The notes under the pieces are model-generated. The model ran no database searches. It saw nothing but the letters and a program-made list of their open reading frames with translations, and was not told the origin of the DNA. Source: Pseudomonadota bacterium (GTDB lineage Bacteria > Campylobacterota > Campylobacteria > Campylobacterales > Sulfurimonadaceae). From it: a stretch of DNA of 64,000 nt. Location of the stretch: contig JAZDQA010000006.1 in assembly GCA_043797085.1 (NCBI GenBank), forward strand, positions 64,001 through 128,000. Reading direction: 5' to 3'. A program made the position numbers and the translations under genes. This document shows, piece after piece, positions 50,486 through 60,017 of this stretch (positions are counted from its first letter, which is position 1; each line of letters begins with the position of its first letter).

Positions 50486-53473
50486 ATGAATTTGGATCAT
50501 ATCAACGCATTACTCGAAAAACACTACAACTCTATTGATAAAATCATTCTCTCTCGCCAAGATCCCATCACCGGTCTCTTGCCTGCTAGTACCGCAATAA
50601 CAGCTCATGGCGATTATACCGATGCGTGGGTACGCGATAACGTTTACAGTATCCTTTGTGTCTGGGGGCTTGCCCTTGCGTACAAAAAAAACAATCCCGA
50701 CCATTATCGAAACTACCTCTTGAGTCAAAGTGTGGTTAAACTGATGCGTGGACTCCTAGAGGCAATGATGCGCCAAGCCAATCGTGTCGAAACGTTCAAA
50801 AAAACGCTCAATCCTACCGATGCCCTACACGCTAAATACGCAACGGCAACAGCATTGGCAGTTGTCGGGGATGATGAGTGGGGACATTTGCAATTGGACG
50901 CTACTTCTTTATATCTTTTGATGAGTGCACAGATGATTGCTTCGGGATTACAGCTGATCTATACGATCGATGAGGTTGATTTCATTCAAAATCTCGTCCA
51001 CTATATCAGTCACACCTACTGCATCGCCGATTATGGGATTTGGGAACGTGGCAATAAAATCAATCACGGTACAACGGAGATCAATTGCAGTTCTGTCGGG
51101 ATGGCAAAAGCGGCGCTGGAAGCACTCAATGGCTTTAATCTCTTTGGAAACGTCATGAGCCAAGAGGCCGTTATCCATGTCATACCAAGCGACATTGCAA
51201 GGTCACGTTTTACCCTCCACGGATTGCTGCCGCGAGAATCTGCCTCCAAAGAGACCGATGCGGCATTGCTAAGCATCATCGGATATCCCGCTTACGCGAT
51301 CGAAGATGAAGCTCTTGTAGAGCGTACACGAACTAAAATACTTAAAAAACTCGGTGGTCGTTATGGATGCAAACGCTTTCTTCTCGACGGGCATCAAAGC
51401 AGTATCGAAGATCCTTCCCGCTTGCACTACGAACCCTTTGAATTGCGTGAGTTTGAACACATCGAATCCGAATGGCCCCTCTTTTTTACCTATCTTTTAC
51501 TCGATTCACTGATGCGCCAAGACCATGAGGGGGTGCGTCATTGGAGAGAGAAACTTCAATCGCTGTTTGTCGATCAAGAGGGTGAAAAACTGTTGCCGGA
51601 ACTCTATCTCGTCCCCAAAGAGTCTATCGAAGCCGAAAAAGAACATCCGAATTCTCAAACCCGTGTCCCTAATGAAAACATACCTCTCGTCTGGGCGCAA
51701 AGTCTTTTTATTCTCAGCGATATGATTATGGACAACATCCTCTCTCCTCAGGACATTGATCCGCTTTCACGCAGAGAACGTATCGGTTTTAAACGCACTA
51801 ATCGTCCTCTCGTCTGTGCTCTCGCAGAAAATGAATCCGTCAAACAGCGTCTTCTTGAGCATGGCATCCACAGTGAAACTCTCGATGAACTTTATCCCAT
51901 CAAGGTAATGCACGCGTCACAACTTTCCAAAATCCATACTCTTTTAGGGAAAAATGAAAAATTGGGATTAAGCGGACGCCCGCACGTTGCAGCAAGAACC
52001 ATTACAACCGCACGCCTGCATCTTTTGATCGATCAGGAAATCATTTTTCTACCCTATTATTTTAATCCTAAAGGGTTCTATTTTAGTTATGACACCACTC
52101 TTTTGGTAAAACGTTTTCGATCATCTTTGAAATTTCTCTCTACCCACTGGGATCAGCAGGCTCAACCGATACTGCCATTTCTGATCCGTGAAGACATGCT
52201 TGAAAGTCCTCAAAAAGAGGTGATTTTAGAGCTTCTCCATGAGTTGGAAAATAACTCTTGTAATTTTATAACCATTACAAAAGCCCCACTGCGAGAGCTT
52301 TTAAAAACCGCCAGTGTTGAACAAATCAATAATATTAATCCATTGGACCTCAACGCACTGGAACTCCATTCTCTCAATCATAGCCATACTGCCGTTACCT
52401 CAGAAACCGACTACGAATCGGCAGCTCTCAATCAAGATTGGGCCAGTGTCCGTCGAATCGCTGAAGCCATGTGTAAATACGATGAGCGTCTTGAAGATGT
52501 ACTGCTGGATATTATCATTCATCAAAAACATCTAGCCGTTGGGCGTGCCTACAGTGAACGCGCTACCTTTTCAAAGCCGTTAAAAAATACGGATATTGTC
52601 ACGATTATTCGAGAATCATGCGGGAACAATGCCGCAGAAAGCGTTTTAACCCAAGAGGTGATGGTCCATCTCGGAGCACTTATCCAAGCAGAACCGGAAC
52701 TTTTTAACAACATGATTACCCTGCGCACTTGGTATTTCGTCCAACTCTTAGTCGGTCATATCAGCCGTGAGAACAATCTCCCCATAGGTGATTCCTACGA
52801 GTACCTGTTAGGTTTGTCTCCCCATGATATCTACGAGCGAATCCGAGCGATTTTAAAATCATTTTCCCAAGAAGTTTCCCAGTTCAACCACCAAGAAAAT
52901 CTTAATGCGTCAGGAATACCTGTCGTTAATTCCATCCCTACCGACGTATCTGCAGACCCCTGCCTGCAAAGTGATAATTGGGCTCAATGGCGCCAGCATG
53001 AGGGGATGATTAGCAGACTGACTCAAAAATTTTATAAAAATGTGTGGTATCTGCTACGCCAATGCAACGGGCTTGTCATAGGCGACAAGTACAATCTGAA
53101 CAGCCGCATAGGAAGTGAACTCACCTTGGACTCAACCGCAGGAGAACAAAGCTTCGCCCACAAAATTGAAGACCTCTTACAAAGCATTGAAGCTCCCGAG
53201 TATCGCCAGCTCAATATAGAAGCGATTGAAAGCCTCTCTAAACTCTTTAAACACTCGCCGGAACTTCATGTTGATGATGATTTGGTCTTGGATGTACTCA
53301 TCGGGCATGCTGTGAGGATTGGGTGGACACACCATCATCCTTATGAAGAAAATTATGATGAAGTACGCGCTCAGGCATGGGACAGGATATACCAGTGTTC
53401 ACCCGAAAAAACGGCAGAGCTCTTTGTTGAAGCGTTTATCTATTTATTAGCTCCACAGTCAAAGGAAAAATGA
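50486..53473 (+). CDS. GH15-like protein homologous to phosphorylase kinase alpha/beta subunits
   Basis: AWVRDNVYSI, VVKLMRGLL, VVGDDEWGHLQLDATS, DYGIWERG, LLPRES.SKE.DA, YGCKRFL.DG, EWPLFF, PLVWAQS. Confidence 0.88.
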   Translation: MNLDHINALLEKHYNSIDKIILSRQDPITGLLPASTAITAHGDYTDAWVRDNVYSILCVWGLALAYKKNNPDHYRNYLLSQSVVKLMRGLLEAMMRQANRVETFKKTLNPTDALHAKYATATALAVVGDDEWGHLQLDATSLYLLMSAQMIASGLQLIYTIDEVDFIQNLVHYISHTYCIADYGIWERGNKINHGTTEINCSSVGMAKAALEALNGFNLFGNVMSQEAVIHVIPSDIARSRFTLHGLLPRESASKETDAALLSIIGYPAYAIEDEALVERTRTKILKKLGGRYGCKRFLLDGHQSSIEDPSRLHYEPFELREFEHIESEWPLFFTYLLLDSLMRQDHEGVRHWREKLQSLFVDQEGEKLLPELYLVPKESIEAEKEHPNSQTRVPNENIPLVWAQSLFILSDMIMDNILSPQDIDPLSRRERIGFKRTNRPLVCALAENESVKQRLLEHGIHSETLDELYPIKVMHASQLSKIHTLLGKNEKLGLSGRPHVAARTITTARLHLLIDQEIIFLPYYFNPKGFYFSYDTTLLVKRFRSSLKFLSTHWDQQAQPILPFLIREDMLESPQKEVILELLHELENNSCNFITITKAPLRELLKTASVEQINNINPLDLNALELHSLNHSHTAVTSETDYESAALNQDWASVRRIAEAMCKYDERLEDVLLDIIIHQKHLAVGRAYSERATFSKPLKNTDIVTIIRESCGNNAAESVLTQEVMVHLGALIQAEPELFNNMITLRTWYFVQLLVGHISRENNLPIGDSYEYLLGLSPHDIYERIRAILKSFSQEVSQFNHQENLNASGIPVVNSIPTDVSADPCLQSDNWAQWRQHEGMISRLTQKFYKNVWYLLRQCNGLVIGDKYNLNSRIGSELTLDSTAGEQSFAHKIEDLLQSIEAPEYRQLNIEAIESLSKLFKHSPELHVDDDLVLDVLIGHAVRIGWTHHHPYEENYDEVRAQAWDRIYQCSPEKTAELFVEAFIYLLAPQSKEK

Positions 53474-54465
53474 TGATACTAGCCGGCGATATAGGGGGGA
53501 CAAAAACGATTTTAGCCCTCTTTGAGATTTATGAAAATATCTTAACACTCCACTCCAAACATCAGTTTGCAAGTAAAGATTACGATAGTTTTAACGATGT
53601 ACTGTTGGAATTTATCCGATTAAATACCAATCCTGCGATTGACGCGGCGTGTTTTGGCATAGCAGGACCGATTATCGATGAAAAATGTCACACCACTAAT
53701 CTCCCATGGGAAATCGCAGCAACAGATCTTAGAGCGCTCCTTAACACCCCTCATGTTCGTCTTTTAAATGATCTTGAAACCACTGCCTATGGGATGCTCT
53801 ATCTCAACGAAGATGAATTTGTCGATCTAAACCCTGATGCGCCTGTATCCCATGGCAATTATGCTGTTATCGCTGCGGGTACAGGTTTAGGTGAGGCAAT
53901 GCTCTTTTTTGACGGAACATCCTATCATCCCAGTGGTTCAGAGGGAGGACATTGTGACTTTGCCCCTTTAACCTCGCAGCAAGATTCCCTTTTGCAGTGG
54001 TTGAGACAGCGCTTCAACGATCATGTAAGCTATGAGCGTATTTTGTCCGGTCCGGGGATTGCAACCTTGTACGATTTTTTACTCGAAAGTAATTTTGCCC
54101 CTCCTCCCCATCAGATGACCAATCTAAGCGAAACGGATGATCGAAGCGCCCATATCAGTCAATGCGCACTCGAGCACCATGATCCGCTGTGCATCGAAAC
54201 ACTTCGTTTATTTACCGAAATATACGCGGCAGAAGCTGGAAATTTAGCCCTAAAATCAATGTCGCTTGGAGGAGTTTATATCGGTGGAGGCATCGCCCCT
54301 AAAATTTTGCCTTTTATTCAAAGTGACATCTTTATGAACGCCTTTACAGCAAAAGGACGATTTGAACCGATGCTGCGAAAGATGAAAGTCAGGGTTTCTT
54401 TAAATCCCGAAACAGCCCTTTTGGGTGCTGCTCATTTTGCACAAGATTGTAAGTTTCCATTATAG
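53470..54465 (+). CDS. glk: Glucokinase
   Basis: LAGDIGGTKT, GIAGP, LLNDLE, AGTGLG, SEGGH, SYERILSG, GGGIAPK. Confidence 0.95.
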   Translation: MMILAGDIGGTKTILALFEIYENILTLHSKHQFASKDYDSFNDVLLEFIRLNTNPAIDAACFGIAGPIIDEKCHTTNLPWEIAATDLRALLNTPHVRLLNDLETTAYGMLYLNEDEFVDLNPDAPVSHGNYAVIAAGTGLGEAMLFFDGTSYHPSGSEGGHCDFAPLTSQQDSLLQWLRQRFNDHVSYERILSGPGIATLYDFLLESNFAPPPHQMTNLSETDDRSAHISQCALEHHDPLCIETLRLFTEIYAAEAGNLALKSMSLGGVYIGGGIAPKILPFIQSDIFMNAFTAKGRFEPMLRKMKVRVSLNPETALLGAAHFAQDCKFPL

Positions 54466-54594
54466 ATCAAATTGAGCTTATTCTCATACAGAAGTCTCAG
54501 TTCTTCTTCGGATTTTTCCAATACATGAAGTTGTGAGCATAGCAGAAAATGTTAGGCTCAACGACTGGAGGAAGGTAAAAGATAGCCCTTTGTG

Positions 54595-55173
54595 TTAATC
54601 AAAATTTTTAATTAGCATTCTCTCTTCTTCCAATGTAAGGTAACGCCACTGACCGATTTCAATGTCGAGTTTAAAACTGCCAATACTGATTCGGTTCAAG
54701 TCTAAGACCTTTAATGGCGTCCCAAATTTCGGGTCTTTCAGCGCCCCAAAAAGCCGACGGATATGCCGATTCTTTCCCTCGTCAATTACAACCTTGAGTT
54801 TTGTTTTCGCGCCACCAATGCTTATCTTTTCGACTTCAAGAGCTTTTAGTAGACCGTGTGGGCTTTGGACGCCTTTCAAAGACTGCGCAATATGGTCGTC
54901 TGTTACGTGGCCTCTGACCCAAATCTCGTATACCTTAATACAATTCCCAGGTTTGGTCAATGCATCGCCGATTTTACCGTTAGTTGTGAATAATAGAAGC
55001 CCTTTAGATTCTAGATCAAGGCGTCCAATTGGCATCCATTCATCATAAAAAACCCAGTCAGGCAAAAGATCATAAACTGTTTTTCGCCCAAGTTCGTCAG
55101 ATCGTGTGACCACGTAACCCTTAGGCTTATTGAGTACTAATAGTTTTTTCGAATAGGGCGTTGTTTGATTCAT
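54595..55173 (-). CDS. RsuA-family pseudouridine synthase without S4 domain
   Basis: LNKPKGYV, GRLD.ES.GLLLFT, EGKNRHIRR. Confidence 0.9.
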   Translation of the reverse strand: MNQTTPYSKKLLVLNKPKGYVVTRSDELGRKTVYDLLPDWVFYDEWMPIGRLDLESKGLLLFTTNGKIGDALTKPGNCIKVYEIWVRGHVTDDHIAQSLKGVQSPHGLLKALEVEKISIGGAKTKLKVVIDEGKNRHIRRLFGALKDPKFGTPLKVLDLNRISIGSFKLDIEIGQWRYLTLEEERMLIKNFD

Positions 55174-55289
55174 TGTGTCTGTCCTTGAGTAGTTGATATT
55201 TTACTGGCTTGACACAGAATTTCTAACGCTCCCATTTTGATTAATACAACTGAGATCATTCAACTCATTTTAGCATTACATCAAAATTA

Positions 55290-56060
55290 TCAAGATCCAA
55301 TAGTGTCATAGCTTTGTGGTGAAATTTTATACCCTATTTTTGAATAGCATTGAATAAAATCTTTTGGCAGTTTTTGTCGTATTCTAAACATCAATGATCG
55401 AAAAGCACCTTCTCCGACTAACTCCCCATCCCAAACAAAATCTTCAATTTGTTCTACGCTAACAACTTTTCCCAAGTATTTTATGAGTAGTTTAAGGAGT
55501 TTTTTTTCTTTATCATTCAAATCGCATTCTTTGCCATTAAGCATTAAAGTAAAATTCTCATTATCATAGATATAGCCATTGTGCAAATTAATCAAACGCA
55601 TCTTCGATTGTTTGTCTATGTCTAGTTTACTTTGAAGAGATATGTTTTCACTCTTGATTTCGATGATTGTTGATGCTAATTTCTTGTTTTCGGTAAATGT
55701 TTTTAATGCAATTTCCACAGCAGTTTTTAATTCAATTTCTTTAAATGGCTTAAGAATATAGCCATAAGGTTTTATATTGATAGCTCGGTCGATGGTCTTA
55801 CTTTTATCATTAGCCGTTAAAAAAACAATGGGGACAGAGAGCATTGCAGATATTTTTTCGGCAACTTCAATCCCATCCTCTCTGTCTTGCAGGGTGATGT
55901 CCATAAGAACAAGATCTGGAATTTTTGTACTTGCAAGATGCAGTGCTTTAGCACTGTTATTGGCGATCCCTACGACTTCGTACCCAAAGTCGATTAATAT
56001 TTCTTTGATATTTAGAGCAATAATACTTTCATCTTCGACAATTAAAATTTTTAGTTTCAT
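55290..56060 (-). CDS. Response regulator (receiver, coiled coil, OmpR-type winged helix)
   Basis: IVEDE, DLVLMDI, GYILKPF; C-terminal VW......FRSLMFRIRQKL..I....KIGYK; ATG 56060 overlaps the kinase stop. Confidence 0.9.
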   Translation of the reverse strand: MKLKILIVEDESIIALNIKEILIDFGYEVVGIANNSAKALHLASTKIPDLVLMDITLQDREDGIEVAEKISAMLSVPIVFLTANDKSKTIDRAINIKPYGYILKPFKEIELKTAVEIALKTFTENKKLASTIIEIKSENISLQSKLDIDKQSKMRLINLHNGYIYDNENFTLMLNGKECDLNDKEKKLLKLLIKYLGKVVSVEQIEDFVWDGELVGEGAFRSLMFRIRQKLPKDFIQCYSKIGYKISPQSYDTIGS

Positions 56061-57358
56061 AAGTTCCCTTTCTCTTTGGGGATAAAAGTGATGGAGCATT
56101 TAAACCCATCTTGGGAGTCCGTCACTATTTCACCATTTAACTGGAATTCTGTAATGGTGTTGATAAGTTGACAGCCAAGTGAAGTTGATGTTTGGATTTT
56201 TTCATGGTTAATTCCGATTCCATTGTCATTTACACCAAACACAATCGCTCCATCAACTCCATTTTTAATAAATATGGTAATTATCCCGCTATCCAAATCG
56301 ACAAATGCATGTTTAATAGAATTTAAAAAAAGTTCATGAACGATTAAAGCCACTAGAATAGCAGAATCCATCGTCAAAAATATATTTTCAGTATCCAAGA
56401 TTACAGATATTTTTTTAGTTTGAGCATATAAGTCCACCATGGAAGATGATAATCTATCAAGATGAATCTTCATATCGATTGTCGCTAAATCACTATTTTT
56501 GTAAAGCATTTCATGTACAAGAGCTATTGCATAGATACGGCTTTGGCTTTTTGAGAGAGCATCTTTTACTTGCTCATTGGTTTCTCGTCGGTTTTGCATT
56601 TGCAACAGTGAAGAGATTACTTCCAAATTATTTTTGACACGGTGATGGATTTCTTTGATTAGCACTTCTTTGTCTTGCAGAGAATTCTTTAGAGCTTCAT
56701 TTTGTTCAATAATCATCCTTCGTCTTTCTTTTTGTTCGGTAATATCTCGACCAAATGAGCAAATAAATTCTTTTGATCCATCGCAAAAATAACTTGCAGT
56801 AACCGAAGCTGGAAAAACACTCCCGTCCTTTCGAGTTTGCTGGCTTTCAAAGCAGATGTATTGTTTTTCTTTGATTTGTGCTAAAAAATCTTGAGTATTT
56901 TTGGTGTAGTCGGGATCAATATCGCTTAACTTCATATTTAACAATTCATCTTTACTGTATCCAAGCATGAGACATGCAGCATCATTTACGTAAAAAAAAC
57001 GTGTATCAAATGTAAACCAATAAATCGCATCTGCACTGTTATCGAGGGCAAAGTTAAATAACTGAAGATTCTCTTTTTCTTGACGCTGATATTCTGCAAG
57101 CTTGATTAATGCCTCTTCAGCAATTCGGGCAGTACGTCTAAGTAAAAAATATATAAAAATGGCTGACAGTACAAAAAATACGACACCAACGAGAAATGGC
57201 AGTCCGAAGTTATTGTTTCCAGAATGAATCATATTGATAGAAGCTCTGTCTACAACAGCAACGCCAATCACTCCGACAATGGCAAACACTACTGCTTGTA
57301 TCTTTGCTCTATTTACAGTTGACATTTTTAAAAATGAACGCTGAATTTTATCTATCAA
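56057..57358 (-). CDS. PAS-domain sensor histidine kinase (HisKA_2 type)
   Basis: Two TM helices, PAS (VNDAAC.MLGYS, RKDGS.FP), KEIHHRVKNNL H-box, DNGIG. Confidence 0.92.
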   Translation of the reverse strand: MIDKIQRSFLKMSTVNRAKIQAVVFAIVGVIGVAVVDRASINMIHSGNNNFGLPFLVGVVFFVLSAIFIYFLLRRTARIAEEALIKLAEYQRQEKENLQLFNFALDNSADAIYWFTFDTRFFYVNDAACLMLGYSKDELLNMKLSDIDPDYTKNTQDFLAQIKEKQYICFESQQTRKDGSVFPASVTASYFCDGSKEFICSFGRDITEQKERRRMIIEQNEALKNSLQDKEVLIKEIHHRVKNNLEVISSLLQMQNRRETNEQVKDALSKSQSRIYAIALVHEMLYKNSDLATIDMKIHLDRLSSSMVDLYAQTKKISVILDTENIFLTMDSAILVALIVHELFLNSIKHAFVDLDSGIITIFIKNGVDGAIVFGVNDNGIGINHEKIQTSTSLGCQLINTITEFQLNGEIVTDSQDGFKCSITFIPKEKGNL

Positions 57359-57477
57359 TTAAATTCCTTAGATCTTTAATCAATTTGTACACTTAAATTA
57401 CATTATTTTACCTTATACGCGCAATGAATAGCTATTTTAGTAATGTTTATATTTAATTCATGGATGAAATATCCATA

Positions 57478-57496
57478 TGCGAGTTTTATGCGAGTT
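57478..57496 (+). promoter_or_regulatory. Tandem direct-repeat operator TGCGAGTT-N3-TGCGAGTT upstream of the cytochrome c gene
   Basis: 11-bp period; TATATT -10-like hexamer 8 bp downstream; box starts 64 bp before ATG 57542; same geometry at 61915. Confidence 0.8.
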
Positions 57497-57541
57497 TTTT
57501 GCTTTATATTTACTGTGTTCAAAGTTAATCAAGGAGGTTAC

Positions 57542-57868
57542 ATGAAAAAGTTGGCTTTAGGTCTACTCTTAGTTACGTCTTCCATTTATGCGGTGGAATT
57601 AGGTAAGAATTTTAAATTCGAGAATGGTGAACATGCTTATAAAAGCGTTTGTTTTCACTGTCATACACTCAAAACTGCTCCACAGTCTATTTTCATAAAA
57701 ATGGATGATGATGCAAGTATTAAAGCACGCGCTGAGGGAATTTTTCAAACGGTTCGGCATGGCAGTAATCAAATGCCTGCTTTTAGAAAATCAGAAATAG
57801 ATGATGTTGTATTGAAAGATTTGGCAACCAAATTAGCCAATGGCACAATCACTTTTACTGAAAAATAG
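57542..57868 (+). CDS. Monoheme cytochrome c, PchC-like subunit
   Basis: AGGAGG RBS, Sec signal peptide, CFHCH heme motif, VRHG..QMPAF...EIDD axial-Met region. Confidence 0.85.
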   Translation: MKKLALGLLLVTSSIYAVELGKNFKFENGEHAYKSVCFHCHTLKTAPQSIFIKMDDDASIKARAEGIFQTVRHGSNQMPAFRKSEIDDVVLKDLATKLANGTITFTEK

Positions 57869-57878
57869 GAGGCATATT

Positions 57879-58457
57879 GTGATTAGAAGAAATTTTCTCA
57901 AAAGTTCTGCAGTGGCAGTAGCAACCGCTGCTTTATATTCACCCTTGTCTGCTGCCGGATTTAGTGATAGTGCTAATCAAAAAAAGATAGCTATCGTATC
58001 CGAATCAGCCGGTGAAACCGGATACATTCACGCATTGGCAAAAAATAATAAAATGGATGACGTCATTATCCTAGGTTCCGACCGATTGAAAAACCTGCAT
58101 ACGCTGTCAGATGTGCTGGAAAAAAACAAGGGTGCATTGATCTGTGGTCTATTAGAAAACAGCGATTATGCACTTTTAAACCATGCGGCACTATCAAACG
58201 GGGCGAAATTTGTTTCTGAAACGGCACATACTCCATCCAATGCAGGAATTTCCCACACGGAAAATTCGTTCGCGAGTATGTCACTCAAAAAAGCGTTTGA
58301 TCAATTTTCTTCACTTAATACTGACCAATACGGTATCGCTCTTTCATCGTATCACACAACCGGAGCACACAATACTGTAGCTACATCAAAGCAAGTTGAT
58401 TTTGTATCCGATCACACATCGAAAAATGCGTTTGTATCTTTCGTATTAAAAGCATAA
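57879..58457 (+). CDS. Twin-arginine signal protein between the cytochrome and flavoprotein genes (pchX position)
   Basis: AGGAGG RBS, GTG 57879, RRNFLK Tat motif followed by a hydrophobic stretch ending in LSA. Confidence 0.75.
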   Translation: MIRRNFLKSSAVAVATAALYSPLSAAGFSDSANQKKIAIVSESAGETGYIHALAKNNKMDDVIILGSDRLKNLHTLSDVLEKNKGALICGLLENSDYALLNHAALSNGAKFVSETAHTPSNAGISHTENSFASMSLKKAFDQFSSLNTDQYGIALSSYHTTGAHNTVATSKQVDFVSDHTSKNAFVSFVLKA

Positions 58458-58469
58458 AAGGAATATCAA

Positions 58470-60017
58470 ATGGCTAAAAAACTGACTGCAATGCCTAAAA
58501 ATGTTTCATTGGAAACAATGAATAAGGCAATTAAAGAGTTCATAAAAATCTTGGGTGAGGAAAACGTCCTTATCGGTGATGAGGAGATTACTCCGTATAA
58601 AAAGATTATGATGGCAGTACCAATCGAAAAGCATATGCCCTCCCTTGCACTACAAGCATCTACAAAAGAAGAAGTTGTTGCTATCGTGAAAGTATGTAAC
58701 AAATACGTCATACCAATTTGGACATTTTCAACCGGTAAAAATATGGGGTACGGTACGGCAGCACCAGCTCAAAAAGGGACAGTAATTCTTGACCTTCACA
58801 AAATGAATAAAATCATCGAAGTGAATGACAAACTTTGTTACGCTGTACTTGAACCGGGTGTTACGTATCAGCAATTGTTCGACTATATCCATGAGCGCGG
58901 TCTTAAATTATGGCTCTCTTGCCCAGCCCCAAGTGCGATTGCAAGTCCTGTCGGTAACACTATGGACCGTGGTGTAGGTTACACACCCTATGGTGAGCAC
59001 TTCATGATGCAATGCGGTATGGAAATCGTTCTTGCCGATGGTTCATCCTTCAAAACTGGTATGGGTGGAGTCAAAGGTTCTACCAGTTCAGCCGTATTCA
59101 AATGGGGATACGGACCGTCTTTGGATGGTATCTTCACCCAAAGCAACTACGGTATTTGTGTACAAATGGGTATGTGGCTTATGCCGGAACCGCCAGCATT
59201 TAAACCTTTTTGTATCACATTGGATACAGTTGAAGAAGTTGAAAAAATCGTTGAAGTACTTCGTCCGTTGCGTATCGCGAATATCATTCCGAACGCATTT
59301 ACGATTGCAAGTACACTCTATGAAGCGGCAGGCGTAGTTAAACGTTCAGACTATGTTGATGGAAATCGATCCATCACAGAGGCTGAAATCGAAAATATCA
59401 AAAAAGATACCGGAATGGGTACATGGAATGTTTATGCTGCCTTGTACGGAACGGAAGAAGGAAATGCACTAAACTGGAACATTATCCAGGCAGTTGTCAA
59501 TGCGAACTTTACAAAGCATAAATTCTTGACTGCTAAAGAGATGGGTAATGACCCGGTATTTAAATATCGCGCAGACTTGATGAGAGGTTACATGACCCTT
59601 CAAGAATTTGGTCTCTACAACTGGAGAGGCGGCGGAGGAAGTATGTGGTTCGCACCGGTTTCTCCTGCAGAAGGAAAACATACCCTGAATCAATCAGCAT
59701 TGGCGAAAAAGATTTTGAACAAATATGGATTTGACTATGTTGCTGAGTTCATCGTCGGATGGCGCGATATGCACCACATCATTGACTTGCTCTATAACCG
59801 AAACGATCCGGAAGAGATGCAACGTGCACATGATTGTTACAAAGAACTTGTACTTGAATTTGCAGCACAAGGATATGGTGTTTATCGCACGAGCAGCGGA
59901 TTTATGGATCTTGTTGCGGAAACGTATGGTCCTGAAATTCGCAGCGTATTCCAAAAAATCAAACGAGCACTTGACCCTAAAGGGATCTTGGCTCCTGGTA
60001 AATCAGGGATTTATTAA
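58470..60017 (+). CDS. pchF: p-cresol methylhydroxylase-type flavoprotein subunit (VAO/PCMH family)
   Basis: STGKNMGYG, VLEPGVTY, GNTMDRGVGYTPYGEHFMMQCGME, FKWGYGP, LQEFGLYNWRGGGGSMWFAPVS, RDMHH, LAPGKSGI. Confidence 0.88.
   Translation: MAKKLTAMPKNVSLETMNKAIKEFIKILGEENVLIGDEEITPYKKIMMAVPIEKHMPSLALQASTKEEVVAIVKVCNKYVIPIWTFSTGKNMGYGTAAPAQKGTVILDLHKMNKIIEVNDKLCYAVLEPGVTYQQLFDYIHERGLKLWLSCPAPSAIASPVGNTMDRGVGYTPYGEHFMMQCGMEIVLADGSSFKTGMGGVKGSTSSAVFKWGYGPSLDGIFTQSNYGICVQMGMWLMPEPPAFKPFCITLDTVEEVEKIVEVLRPLRIANIIPNAFTIASTLYEAAGVVKRSDYVDGNRSITEAEIENIKKDTGMGTWNVYAALYGTEEGNALNWNIIQAVVNANFTKHKFLTAKEMGNDPVFKYRADLMRGYMTLQEFGLYNWRGGGGSMWFAPVSPAEGKHTLNQSALAKKILNKYGFDYVAEFIVGWRDMHHIIDLLYNRNDPEEMQRAHDCYKELVLEFAAQGYGVYRTSSGFMDLVAETYGPEIRSVFQKIKRALDPKGILAPGKSGIY

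Noticed and set aside
54466..55230. Pseudouridine synthase as an integron gene cassette (GTTAGAA before it, GCCTAAC after it on the minus strand)
   Set aside because: No palindromic attC ending in GTTRRRY follows, and no integrase is present
57443..57541. Upstream extension of the cytochrome c ORF
   Set aside because: The AGGAGG RBS and signal peptide support ATG 57542; the extension covers the promoter and operator
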